Notes under the pieces: model-generated
The model's input: the letters and a program-made list of their open reading frames with translations, nothing else
Told to the model about the DNA's origin: nothing
Databases searched by the model: none
In this document: positions 11,428 through 22,611 of the stretch, in pieces
How the letters are laid out: each line of letters starts with the position of its first letter
Position numbering within the stretch: position 1 is the stretch's first letter
Program-made: the position numbers and the translations under genes
Assembly: GCF_006345805.1 (NCBI RefSeq)
Contig: NW_021835027.1
Span: forward strand, 1 to 42,345
Direction: 5' to 3'
From: Octopus sinensis
Taxonomy: Eukaryota
Length of the DNA: 42,345 nucleotides

Positions 11428-11769
11428 TCCCGTGCTGACAAAATTTAATTAGAGGCTATGTTGACCTCGTGAATAGATGGTTGCATCCAAGAAAGTAGTG
11501 GTTCAATACCTAGTGTTGTTGGGGAATGAAATTCCCTTAAAGCAATATGTATATATTAAGCATATAGTTTATATCCAGTTAAAAGAAGAAATGAAAATGG
11601 AGATAAGGAAGTTAACAATTATTTATTGTTAACAAATTTGTTATCTTCGCTTCTTACTCCCGTTTCAATTAATATTCAGTAATTTAATTACAAATTTGTA
11701 CATTAAATGTGCATTTATGTGACAGGATTATAATTTCATTCATGTATGTATATGTACATATATACATAG

Positions 11770-11900
11770 ATGCACGACGAGATTCTTTCAGTTTCCGCCA
11801 ACCAAATCCATTCACAATGTTTTGGTCAGCTCGAGACTATAGTAGAAGATGTTTGGCTAAGGTGGTACGCAATGGGACTGAATCTTTTTACCACAGGTTA
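11770..11900 (-). mobile_element. Degenerate tRNA-derived SINE fragment
   Basis: Similar to 728-892 (ttctttcagtttcc..ctatagtagaaga..gggactgaa). Confidence 0.7.
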
Positions 11901-11913
11901 TGTCTGGGCCTAT

Positions 11914-11952
<39 letters not shown>

Positions 11953-11953
<1 letters not shown>

Positions 11954-14265
11954 TGCATATTTCCATGTATAAGACGATTTTAAATCCTAAAATTTACCCT
12001 AAAAATTTGGGGTAGTCTTATATCACCATTCTAAAAATCAAACTTTGAATTTTAAGTGATTTTATAAGTAAGATAACCTTGACCTCGGTGCGATAACCTT
12101 AGACATATGTGAACAGATTAACAAAATAAAAAAATTGTAATATAGCTAATAAAAACATTTTTACTTTATATATTATTGACATATCTTCATAATAAATAGC
12201 CTATTCGAGAGATAATTCTATTGATACATCATTGAAATCAACTTTTATCTATCCGAGTTTGGCTGAGAAAATGTAAAACATCTAGTTATGGTTGCACTCA
12301 CAGTAATCTTTATCTTTCGCTAACTTTTCAAAAATTTTAATGGTGATATATAACAGTGGTAATAACATTTTTCAATAAAATATTTCTACAATAATTGCAT
12401 TTAAAACATAAGACATTATAATTTTTTTTCCCATCAAGATAAATAATATTAATAAAACATCAAACTTGCCACATGTATTTATCTAAAACACATCAAATTC
12501 CTCACAATCATCACTCTCTATTTCTAAAAGTTCCTCACACACAACACAAGATTCATCACATATGCCATCATTGTAAGGATTCCAATCTGGTTCTTGTGAA
12601 TCAACTTCGACTTCGCTGTTGCTATTGTACAGGATATCATCTTCGGTACCATCCATGGTATTAGAGACACCGCATTTTTAAAATGATTTTATCACATTTT
12701 CTACTTCAACTTTGTCTCATGCCCTTATAACAAAATCACATAGAACATCAAGTGAGGCAACACGCATAGCTCCACCTTTTGTAAAAGATTTTTCTACATC
12801 CATGATCCAGTCATTCCATTGCTCTCTCACATTATCTTTAAATGGTTTGTTCAAACTGACATCAAGTGGCTGCAGTATAGAAGTCAAACCACCAGGAATA
12901 ACAGCAATATCAGTATTGGTTTTGGATAACCGGGTTTTAGTATTTGCCGTTACGTGGCTACGAAACATATCCTAAACCAATAAACTGCGTTTGTTTCATA
13001 TGCCACCTGGCCGCCCGTTCCAAATATTCTCAATCCTTAATTTCACACCACTCTCATCCATCCACTCTTTCTCGTGAAAATGAGACTAAAATGCCAGGAG
13101 GAAAATATATTTTGGGCTTTGTTAAAAATAATCATGAGTTTTAATTTTTTATCATCAGCCATGCAGGATAATACCACCATAAACTTCGCTTTCTCATATC
13201 CTGTGCTTTTAACGTGCACTGTTTTTACTCATTTCAAATCTGCGGTTTTGTTATCCAGCATGTCAAAGTTTAATGGAGTTTCATCCATATTTCCAAAATG
13301 AGACTATGGAAAGTGATGCCTTTTTCTCAGCTGGATGATAAACTGGTGAAAACTGGTTACTTTGTGATCGAGATCTCTCGGGAGATTTGGGGCGATTTTT
13401 ATTTTCTCCCTTATTACCAGATTTTTTTGTTCATAAAACGATTGCACCAGCCTACTGTTACTTTAAAATCTTTACTTTCTTCTTTATATAATTTAGCCCA
13501 TCTTAGGGCATAAGATCTTAATTTATTTCGTGTTACAATGTAGCCATCTTGTCTCTGCTGGAGTATCCATTTCGCTACATCTTCCAACTTCGGCCAACGA
13601 GTGCTTCCTCTTCTCATCGTACATTTTTGTTTGGGTATTTGTCTTAATTTTTCCTCATTCTTTCTCCACTCTCTTAACATCTTCTCAGTAACATCGAATG
13701 TTCTAGCAGCAGCACAATTGTCCGAACTCTTGGTTACTTCTATAACTTTCAGCTTGAAACTAGCCTCATATTTTCTTCTTTTTGCTGGTGGTTGCATGTT
13801 GGTAGGGGTATAAAATAATTATAAATGTCAATTGGCCAAACGGTTTGTGGTTTTACATGAGGTATTGGTAAATGGTTATTAATACTGCAGGCTGACTGTA
13901 ACTGTTTAGAGCATTTCAGTCATACGAACCACCATTATCGTATTGTTGTTAGCGGTTGTTATGATAGCGATAAAGTTTTGATAAAGAAGAACTAAGTTCC
14001 CTCTTAGGCGACGTGTGTATGAAAAAATATATAGAAATGGATTTATTTCGTTTATTTTAATTTCTAAGGATATGGTAAGTAAAAAAAAAATCATTTGTAA
14101 TAACATCTTTACATGACCAATATTCCTAAAGATACCTGTTGTTGCAAAAGCTAGCCTCTACACAGATGGTTTTGTAATTCAGCAGATACGGGATAAATTT
14201 ATGAAATTTTTTACAAATTTCGACCTCGCCTTATCTAAAGGTCGTCTTATAAGCGGAAATATACG
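11953..14265 (-). mobile_element. pogo/Tigger-family DNA transposon with both TIRs
   Basis: TIRs ctgcatatttccatgtataagacga / tcgtcttataagcggaaatatacg, TA on both sides; decayed transposase inside. Confidence 0.88.
12485..13797 (-). pseudogene. pogo transposase (HTH plus DDE_1), with frameshifts and stops
   Basis: RRKYEASFKLKVI, RWPKLE, GWCNRFM, NMDETP (atggatgaaactcca), DMFRSH, IPGGLTSILQPLDVSLNKPFK. Confidence 0.88.
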
Positions 14266-14325
14266 TATATATATATATTTCCGCGTATAAAACGACCTTT
14301 AGATAAGACGAGATCGAAATTTGTA

Positions 14326-14326
<1 letters not shown>
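14211..14326. repeat. Palindrome formed by the pogo 5' end and an inverted copy of it
   Basis: ttacaaatttcgacctcgccttatctaaaggtcgtcttataagcggaaatata versus tatatttccgcgtataaaacgacctttagataagacgagatcgaaatttgtaa, 4 mismatches seen. Confidence 0.9.
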
Positions 14327-14360
<34 letters not shown>

Positions 14361-14449
14361 ATATTATATATATACATATATATATATACATATATACATA
14401 TATATAGATATATACAATATATATATACATATATATATATATATTTGAT

Positions 14450-15653
14450 TAGTTGAATGAATTATCTTATTAAGGATAATTCGAATTAACCGATAACTGG
14501 GTAGCAAATTCACATCAGAAAAAACACGGTTGAAGTTACGTGCCTAGGGCATAGATTACGTGCTTTCGTGTGGAAATTTGTATGTTTATTTTAAATATAT
14601 AAATATATGAAAGAATGGAGCTGAACGACGAATTAACAAAATTCCTTTATTTTCGACATATGTTTCGAAGGCTGCATATTCGTAATTGCGAAGGAAGAAG
14701 GAGTATATTATGCCGCTTTCTCATCAGGAAAAGCAAGGGACTTATGTCAACATCAAAATGCACAAAAACTTTTAGATGATTGCTCATACGGAGCCCATAG
14801 CGATAATGAGTGTCTCTTTAAAATATTCCTTTATAAGGAGTGACGTCAAAGTGGTTGAAAGTAGAAAAAGAAGGTGAAAGGGTGCAGGTCATATGAATGG
14901 TGGATTTTGTTAATTTCTTTTGTGAATGAGTGCCTGTGTGTGTGACTGTATATAACTGCATTAATGTGTGTGTGTGTATGTGTGTGCGTGATTGTGTATG
15001 TGGATGGGTAGACGTCAGAAAACAGACAGTGGTGAGGTGAGAGGTTTGTGTCTGTGTGTTTGATTGTGCTTACTATAGAAAGAGGGAAATAGAGAGAGAA
15101 AGAGTGAGAAAGAGGAGGACGAGGTAGAGGGACTAAGGCAATAACCTCAATGGATTGGGTAGTAGTTCTTTGAAAGTATAAAAAAAATTTTTTATGTCTA
15201 TGGGGGTGACATATATAAAAAAGAAGTTATATTAAGTAAAATTCAAGGGGTTATCTATATTAATCATTATTCATATGAGTGAAAGGTGTATTTTTGCCAG
15301 TGCATGCACCTGTATGACCTCTCGACGATTGTATTTATTAAAGGGACTTTGGCGAACAAAATATGAAAAAGTTCGGAATTACAGATGCCACAAAGTTTTC
15401 TGCCCTTATCACACGGAAAGGACACCGACAATATGGACCATTCCAGCTTGAAAGTTGTATTGCTGTCCTTCAGACGCCAAACTAATTTACTTAGTCCCGT
15501 GCTGTGTTGTTTTCTCTTATCTCGGAAAGTTGAATAATGATTGGATATCCTTCGGGCTAATTTAGAAGAAGTTGCTCCAATGTAGAAGAAGACATCGGTT
15601 CCAGAAGAAATTTTGCACTGGTAAATGGTGTTTCTAATCTGCGATAATCTGCG

Positions 15654-15655
<2 letters not shown>
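14450..15655 (-). mobile_element. PLE 3' fragment (GIY-YIG domain plus 3' UTR/pLTR), distinct family
   Basis: [49 protein letters not shown] at 15267-15655. Confidence 0.85.
14650..14732 (-). ncRNA. Type I hammerhead ribozyme, intact core
   Basis: uuuuc-CUGAUGA-gaa..uuc-GAAAC-auau-GUC-gaaaa; 5-bp stem I, 10/12 paired stem II, palindromic ACAUAUGU stem III. Confidence 0.8.
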
Positions 15656-15698
<43 letters not shown>

Positions 15699-15787
15699 CA
15701 TATATATATATACATATATATATATATACATATATATATACATATATATACATATATGTACATATATATATATATACATATATGTAC

Positions 15788-15820
<33 letters not shown>

Positions 15821-16002
15821 CATATATGTACATATATATATATATACATATATGTACATATATATATATATACATATATGTACATATATATATATATATA
15901 TACATATATGTACATATATATATATATACATATATGTACATATATATATATATATACATATATATACATTATATATATACATATATATACATATATATAT
16001 AC

Positions 16003-16035
<33 letters not shown>

Positions 16036-16107
16036 CCTATATATACATATATATACATATATATACCATATATATATATACATATATATATACATACATA
16101 TATATAC

Positions 16108-16142
<35 letters not shown>

Positions 16143-16542
16143 CATATATATACCATATATATATATACATATATATATATACATATATATACATATATAT
16201 ACATACATAATAACACATTATATTCATCATACATATATATATAGCACAATATATATACACAATATATATAATATACATATATATATATACATAATATAAC
16301 TATATATATATATAGCCGAAATATAGATATGAACACATATATAATTATATTACTATATATATATACAGAATATATATAACATATATATCATATATACATA
16401 TATATATACACATAGATATTTACACATAAATATACATATATATATACATATATATTATACATATATATATTATATACATAATATATACAATCTATATATA
16501 TGACATATATATATAACATATAAGATATATAAATTAGATATA

Positions 16543-16580
<38 letters not shown>

Positions 16581-16699
16581 CATATATATATTACATATAT
16601 ATATAATATATATATATATATACATATATATATACATATATATATATTACCATATATATATATATATATACATATATACATACATATATATATATATAC

Positions 16700-16745
<46 letters not shown>

Positions 16746-16979
16746 ATATATATATACCATATATATATATATACATATATATATATACATATATATATAT
16801 ACATATATATATACATATATATATATAATATATATATATATATACATATATAATATATATATACATATATATACATATATATATACATATATATACATAT
16901 ATATATATACCATATATCTATACATATATATATTATATATATATACATATATATATAATATATATATATATACATATAC

Positions 16980-17010
<31 letters not shown>

Positions 17011-17015
17011 ACTAC

Positions 17016-17058
<43 letters not shown>

Positions 17059-17064
17059 TATACA

Positions 17065-17114
<50 letters not shown>

Positions 17115-17222
17115 CATATATATATATTACATTATATATATATACATATATATATTATATACATATATATATATATATATATACATACATATATATATAT
17201 ATATACATATATATAGATATAT

Positions 17223-17281
<59 letters not shown>

Positions 17282-17598
17282 CAATATATATATATATACT
17301 ATATATATATATCATATATATATATATATACATATATATCTATATATACATATATATATATACATATATTACATATATATATATACATATATATATATAC
17401 ATATATATATATATATTTACAATATATATATATACATATATATATATATTACACAGATATATATATACCACATATATATATATATACATATATATACACA
17501 TATATATATATATATATATATAATATATATATATACATATATATATATACACATATATATATATATATACACATATATATATATATATATAATATATC

Positions 17599-17635
<37 letters not shown>

Positions 17636-17666
17636 TATATATACATATATATATATACATATATAC

Positions 17667-17699
<33 letters not shown>

Positions 17700-17806
17700 C
17701 ATATATATACATATATCATATATATACATATATATACATATATATATATATAACATATATATATATATACATATATATATATACATATATATATGTACAT
17801 ATATAA
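15656..17806. repeat. ~2.1-kb degenerate (TA)n/(TATATACA)n block
   Basis: Directly visible; source of the YI-rich artefact ORFs. Confidence 0.97.
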
Positions 17807-17807
17807 T

Positions 17808-19763
17808 GTTCGTCCTTCGGTTCGAAGATGACCAACTGACATCATCTGATGGAACTGCCGCCATGAGACCGGAGGTGGCTGGTGAGGCCAATCCGGGCAA
17901 GGAAGCCCCTCCACAGGTGGGGCAGAAGTGGGTAGTGGCAGTGCTACTGGTGCAGGCGGCTCTGACTTTACGCATCTGACGTTTCTGCTCCGCTGACCGA
18001 ATCCGTCCCTCTCGGCTGTCCCTGCTCCCACGGTGATTGCGCTGCGCCAGGATGAGCGGTTGGCAGCAAGTGTCTCCCAGGTCCTGTCCGATGAGAAGAG
18101 AGAAGTCTTTGAGAGAGACCTTGAGACTATCCTTGTAGCGCTTTTTCTGCCCTCCGACTTTGCGCCTGCCCTGGCCGAGTTCACCGTAGAAGAGCTGTTT
18201 TGGGATGCGAGTGTCGGACATGCGGGAGACGTGGCCCGCCCATCTCAGCTGGGCCTTGCGCATGATGTGATGGTGCTAGGGAGATCTGCCTGCTTCAGAA
18301 CTTCCGTGTCTGGGACTTTGTCCTGCCAGCGGATGTGAAGGAGATTCCGAAGACACCTGAGATGGAAGTGGTTTATCTGGCGCTCGTGCCTTCGGTAAGC
18401 AGTCCACGTCTCGCAGCCGTATAGTAGGGTGGTAAGCACGACTGCCCGGTAGACTTTCAGCTTGGTGTTGAGGCTGATTCCTCTCCGCTCCCAGACTTTC
18501 TTTCGCAGTCTCCCAAACGCGCTGCTTGCCTTGGAGATTCTGTTGATGGTTTCAGCATCTATGTTGGCATTGCAGGAGAGAGTGCTGCCCAGGTAGGTGA
18601 AGTTTTCCACCACTCGTAGGATCCGTCCGTTCACCCTTATCTGAGGCTCATGGTATTGTTTGCTGGGGGCTGGCTGAAACATCACTTCAGTTTTCTTTGC
18701 ACTGATGGTGAGACCGAAGTTGTCACAGGCTGATGAAAACCTGTCCATCTCGAGCTGCATCTCCTGCTCATCGATTGCATTAAGGGCGCAGTCGTCAGCA
18801 AAGAGAAAGTCTCTGACGACTGTCTCCCTCACCTTTGTGACAGCCTGCAATCTCCTGGAGTTGAAAAGTTTCCCGTCTGTCCTGTACTTGATGTTGATAC
18901 CGGACTTGCAGTCCCTAAAGGCGTCGGACATCATTGCCGAGAACATGATGCTGAACAGTGTTGGGGCCAGGACACAGCCCTGCCTGACTCCGTTGGTCAC
19001 CTGGAAGGCTTCAGATGAGTCGCCGTCTTCAAGGATTCTGGCTGTCATTCCGTCGTGGAACTGGCGGACAATTGCAATAAATTTGCTGGGGCAACCAAAT
19101 TTTCCCATGACCTTCCATAGTCCCTCCCGACTGACTGTATCAAAGGCCTTGGTGAGGTCAACAAAGGTCATGCAGAGGTCAAGGTGCTGCTCCATGCATT
19201 TCTCCTGGAGCTGGCGGGCGGCGAATATCATGTCAGCGGTCCCTCGACCCGCACGGAAGCCACACTGGCTCTCAGGGAGAAGGCCTTGCTCCAAGTGTTC
19301 CAGAAGGCGGTCAAGCAGGACCCTGGCCAGGATCTTGCCTGCTATGGACAAGAGGGAAATACCTCGGTGGTTGTCGCAGGACCGCCGATCTCCTTTCCGC
19401 TTATAAATGTGAACGATTGTTGCATCCCGGAAATCTTGAGGGAGTTGTTCCCTGTCCCACATCGACTGGAACAGGCTGGTGAGCTGACTGATCATGGTGG
19501 GGCCGCCCGACTTGAACACCTCTGCAGGGATGGCGTCAGAGCCTGGAGCTTTGCCGGTGGACATTTTTTTGATGGCTCTGCTCACTTCCTCGACTGCAGG
19601 GGGAACAGCCAACTCGTGGTTTGTTGGCACCTGGGGGAGTCGTGCGATGGCTTCCTCGTTGATCTGGGCTGGTCGGTTGAGCACGATGTTGAAGTGCTCC
19701 GCCCATCTCTCCAGGATCAGCCTCTTGTTAGTCAGGAGTGAGGTTCCATCTGAGCTGAGCAGA
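17808..19763 (-). mobile_element. RTE-clade LINE, 5'-truncated (RT plus C-terminus), frameshifted near the 3' end
   Basis: [66 protein letters not shown]; 3' end cttcgaaccgaaggacgaac. Confidence 0.93.
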
Positions 19764-20210
19764 TATACACATATATATATATATACATATATATATATAC
19801 ATATATATATGTACATATATACATATATATATATATACATATATATATATACATATATATATGTACATATATACATATATATATATACATATATATATAT
19901 ACATATATGTACATATATACATATATATACATATATACATATATATCGACACCTTTATCTCTTAAAGACCAAATATGATTGGATAATTGTGTCGCTTTTC
20001 TTTTGTTCCAGTGCCTAAACTTAAATTAGATAAAAAAAAATAGAAACCCTCCCCCAAAAAGAGGCCTTTATTACTATTAAAGATCACAAAGAAAACTTCC
20101 TTTCCAACCCTAAATGTAGGCTTATCAACCCAGCCAAGTCAGAAATAGGGATTATTAGCAAAGAAATTTTAGATAAAATAAATACGAAAATTAAGACCGA
20201 TACTAGGCTA

Positions 20211-21668
20211 GTGCAATGGTCCAATAGTATAGAAGTCGTAGACTGGTTTAAAGCTATTAAGAATAAGAAAAAAGCGAGGTTTACACAATTCGATATTGTT
20301 GATTTTTATGCCTCTATCTCTAAAGAACTGCTAGATAAAGCCCTAATCTTCGCTAGTGACTTCATAGAAATTAGTACCAATGATAAGGATATAATCTTCC
20401 ATGCTAGAAAGACATTACTTTTCAGTGAGAATGCAAAGTGGGTAAAAAACACCGACACGGAGGGCGCTTTCGATGTGAGCATGGGTTCATATGATGGGGC
20501 AGGCATCTGTGATCTAATTGGACTCTTTCTCCTAGATACCTTCGGTAAGACATTCCCTAACGTACATTTCGCCATCTACAAAGATGATGCCCTCGCCTTA
20601 ACAGCTAATACAAATGGACCAGCACAAGATCGTTTTAGGAAGGATATTATCCAGTTAATGAAACACTTCGGACTTAGTATAACTATAGACACTAACCTGA
20701 CGGTTGTCAATTTCTTAGACGTTTCCTTAGATCTTAATAATAATATTTATAAGCCTTATAGGAAGCCCAATGATAGACTAAGTTATATTAATGTAGGTTC
20801 ATGCCATCCCCCTATAGTATTCAAAAATTTAGTTAAAAATATTAGTAAGAGGATTTCTAGCCTCTCATCTAATGAGGACATCTTCAATAGCGTTGCCCCA
20901 GTTTATAATAAAGCTTTAAAAGATAGTGGTTTTAGCGAAAAAATAAAATATACACCTATCACCAGCCCAACAGTAAGGAAAAGGAATAATAGAAATAGGA
21001 AGGTCATCTGGTTTACGCCCCCTTACTCACCCGAGGTGGCCTTCAATATAGGTAAATATTTCCTAGCACTGATAGATAGACATTTTCCAGTTAACCATGC
21101 TTATAGGAAACTCTTCAATAGACACAATTTAAAAATTAGTTTTAGTTCAACTACCAATTTTAAAAACATAATCAATCATAACATACAAAAAACACAAGAA
21201 GAAAACAGCTGTTCATGCAGGAATAAAGAATTGTGCCCGCTAAATAGAGCTTGCATGTCCAAGACCATCATATATGAAGCTACCGTAAACTCTATAACCA
21301 CTAAAGACACCGTTTCGACGAAGAAATACGTGGGCCTGACAGAGGGTAATTTCAAGGCCAGGTTCAATAACCACACTTTGAGCTTTAGGCACTGGAACAA
21401 AAGAAAAGCGACACAATTATCCAATCATATTTGGTCTTTAAGAGATAAAGGTGTCGATTATAACATACAATGGAAGATTTTGGCCAGATGTAAGCCCTAT
21501 ACTAACGGCAGCGGAAGGTGCGGTTTATGCGACATGGAGAGATGGCTTATCTGGAAAAGCAGCTTAGACCCTACCACATGTCTAAATACAAGGACAGAGC
21601 TTTTCGGATCATGCCCACATGTGACTAAATTTCTGTTACATTTTTGGTCCCCTAAAGAAAACGGATAG
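20211..21668 (+). CDS. PLE RT plus GIY-YIG endonuclease (485 aa; N-terminus missing)
   Basis: FDIVDFYASIS, MGSYDGAG, YKDD, FLDVSLDL, IIYEATV..KYVGLTEGNFKARFNNH, CGLCDME. Confidence 0.88.
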   Translation: MQWSNSIEVVDWFKAIKNKKKARFTQFDIVDFYASISKELLDKALIFASDFIEISTNDKDIIFHARKTLLFSENAKWVKNTDTEGAFDVSMGSYDGAGICDLIGLFLLDTFGKTFPNVHFAIYKDDALALTANTNGPAQDRFRKDIIQLMKHFGLSITIDTNLTVVNFLDVSLDLNNNIYKPYRKPNDRLSYINVGSCHPPIVFKNLVKNISKRISSLSSNEDIFNSVAPVYNKALKDSGFSEKIKYTPITSPTVRKRNNRNRKVIWFTPPYSPEVAFNIGKYFLALIDRHFPVNHAYRKLFNRHNLKISFSSTTNFKNIINHNIQKTQEENSCSCRNKELCPLNRACMSKTIIYEATVNSITTKDTVSTKKYVGLTEGNFKARFNNHTLSFRHWNKRKATQLSNHIWSLRDKGVDYNIQWKILARCKPYTNGSGRCGLCDMERWLIWKSSLDPTTCLNTRTELFGSCPHVTKFLLHFWSPKENG

Positions 21669-21863
21669 AACATGCTTTCTGTGTTATGTCCCAAGAAGAT
21701 TTTATATATTTTTATATATTTTTATATATTTTTTATGTATTTTTATATAATTTTTATGACGAAAAATGCGAGCGATGTATAAGTACGCAGGCAAAGCAGA
21801 GTTATAACAGAGTAATTTCCCTTCATTTTTAACGGTATTTTTTCATAACGTTTTCAAATAGCC

Positions 21864-21926
21864 AGATAACCGAAGAGATGGTGTTGTGGATTTCCACTTC
21901 GGCATCTGAAACTCAGAGTTTTATCT
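21864..21926 (+). ncRNA. Hammerhead-like motif with deviant core in pLTR of PLE copy B
   Basis: agauaa-CCGAAGA-gaug..cauc-u-GAAAC-ucaga-GUU-uuaucu; 6-bp stem I; U4 is C and there is one extra U before G12. Confidence 0.45.
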
Positions 21927-22023
21927 TGACTACCGAGTAATGTAACATATTGTATAGATAAATTTCCTCTATTTACATAATATTGAAGTCTCTTTCTTTC
22001 TTTTGTTATCTTACCGTTTTATC

Positions 22024-22506
22024 AATATATATACATATATATATATATATACACATATATATATACATATATATATATATATACATAAACACACACACAC
22101 ACATATATATACATATATATATACACATAAACACACACATACACACACACATATATATACATATATATATACACATAAACACACACACACACACACACAT
22201 ATATATACACATAAACACACACACACACACATATATATACATATATATATACACATAAACACACACACACACACATACATATATATACACATAAACACAC
22301 ACACACACACATATATATACATATATATATACACATAAACACACACACACACACATATATACATATATATATACACATAAACACACACACACACACATAT
22401 ATACATATATATATACACATAAACACACACACACACACATATATACATATATATATACACATAAACACACACACACACACATATATACATATATATATAC
22501 ACATAA

Positions 22507-22539
<33 letters not shown>

Positions 22540-22608
22540 GATATATATATATATCTATATATATATATATATATTATATATATATATATATTATATTATA
22601 TATATATA
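22024..22608. repeat. Compound minisatellite (~40-bp acacataaacacacacacacacatatatatacatatatatat units) plus (TA)n
   Basis: Directly visible. Confidence 0.93.
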
Positions 22609-22611
22609 TGA

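Larger units (their letters stand above)
7945..11430 (-). mobile_element. RLE-type non-LTR retrotransposon, HERO-like clade, near full length
   Basis: N-terminal C2H2 finger (CKLCYRTF..GLKIHQGKTC), RT (FRPISLLNVEGK, WLDLANAYGSVPH, GIAAGC, FMDD), Cys/His motif (CGKVGTLKHILSNC) and restriction-like endonuclease (KPDIL..VELTVP..IEVGCRGF). Confidence 0.92.
19947..22020 (+). mobile_element. Penelope-like element copy B (5'-truncated, tentatively Naiad-type) with short 5' inverted segment
   Basis: Frame open from ~20034 (AFITIKDHKENF..CRLINPAKSEIG) to 21668, with RT, CSCRNKELCPL linker and C-terminal GIY-YIG. Confidence 0.93.

Noticed and set aside
20034-21668. Selenocysteine recoding, as known for some Naiad PLEs
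   Set aside because: No in-frame TGA in copy B. The stop in copy A at 6549 is TAG replacing Trp. The TGA upstream of the 2440-3279 ORF is not at a Cys-like position and sits near other stops.
22024-22520. CRISPR-like periodic array
   Set aside because: Units are compound microsatellite with no unique spacers, in a eukaryotic context with no cas genes.
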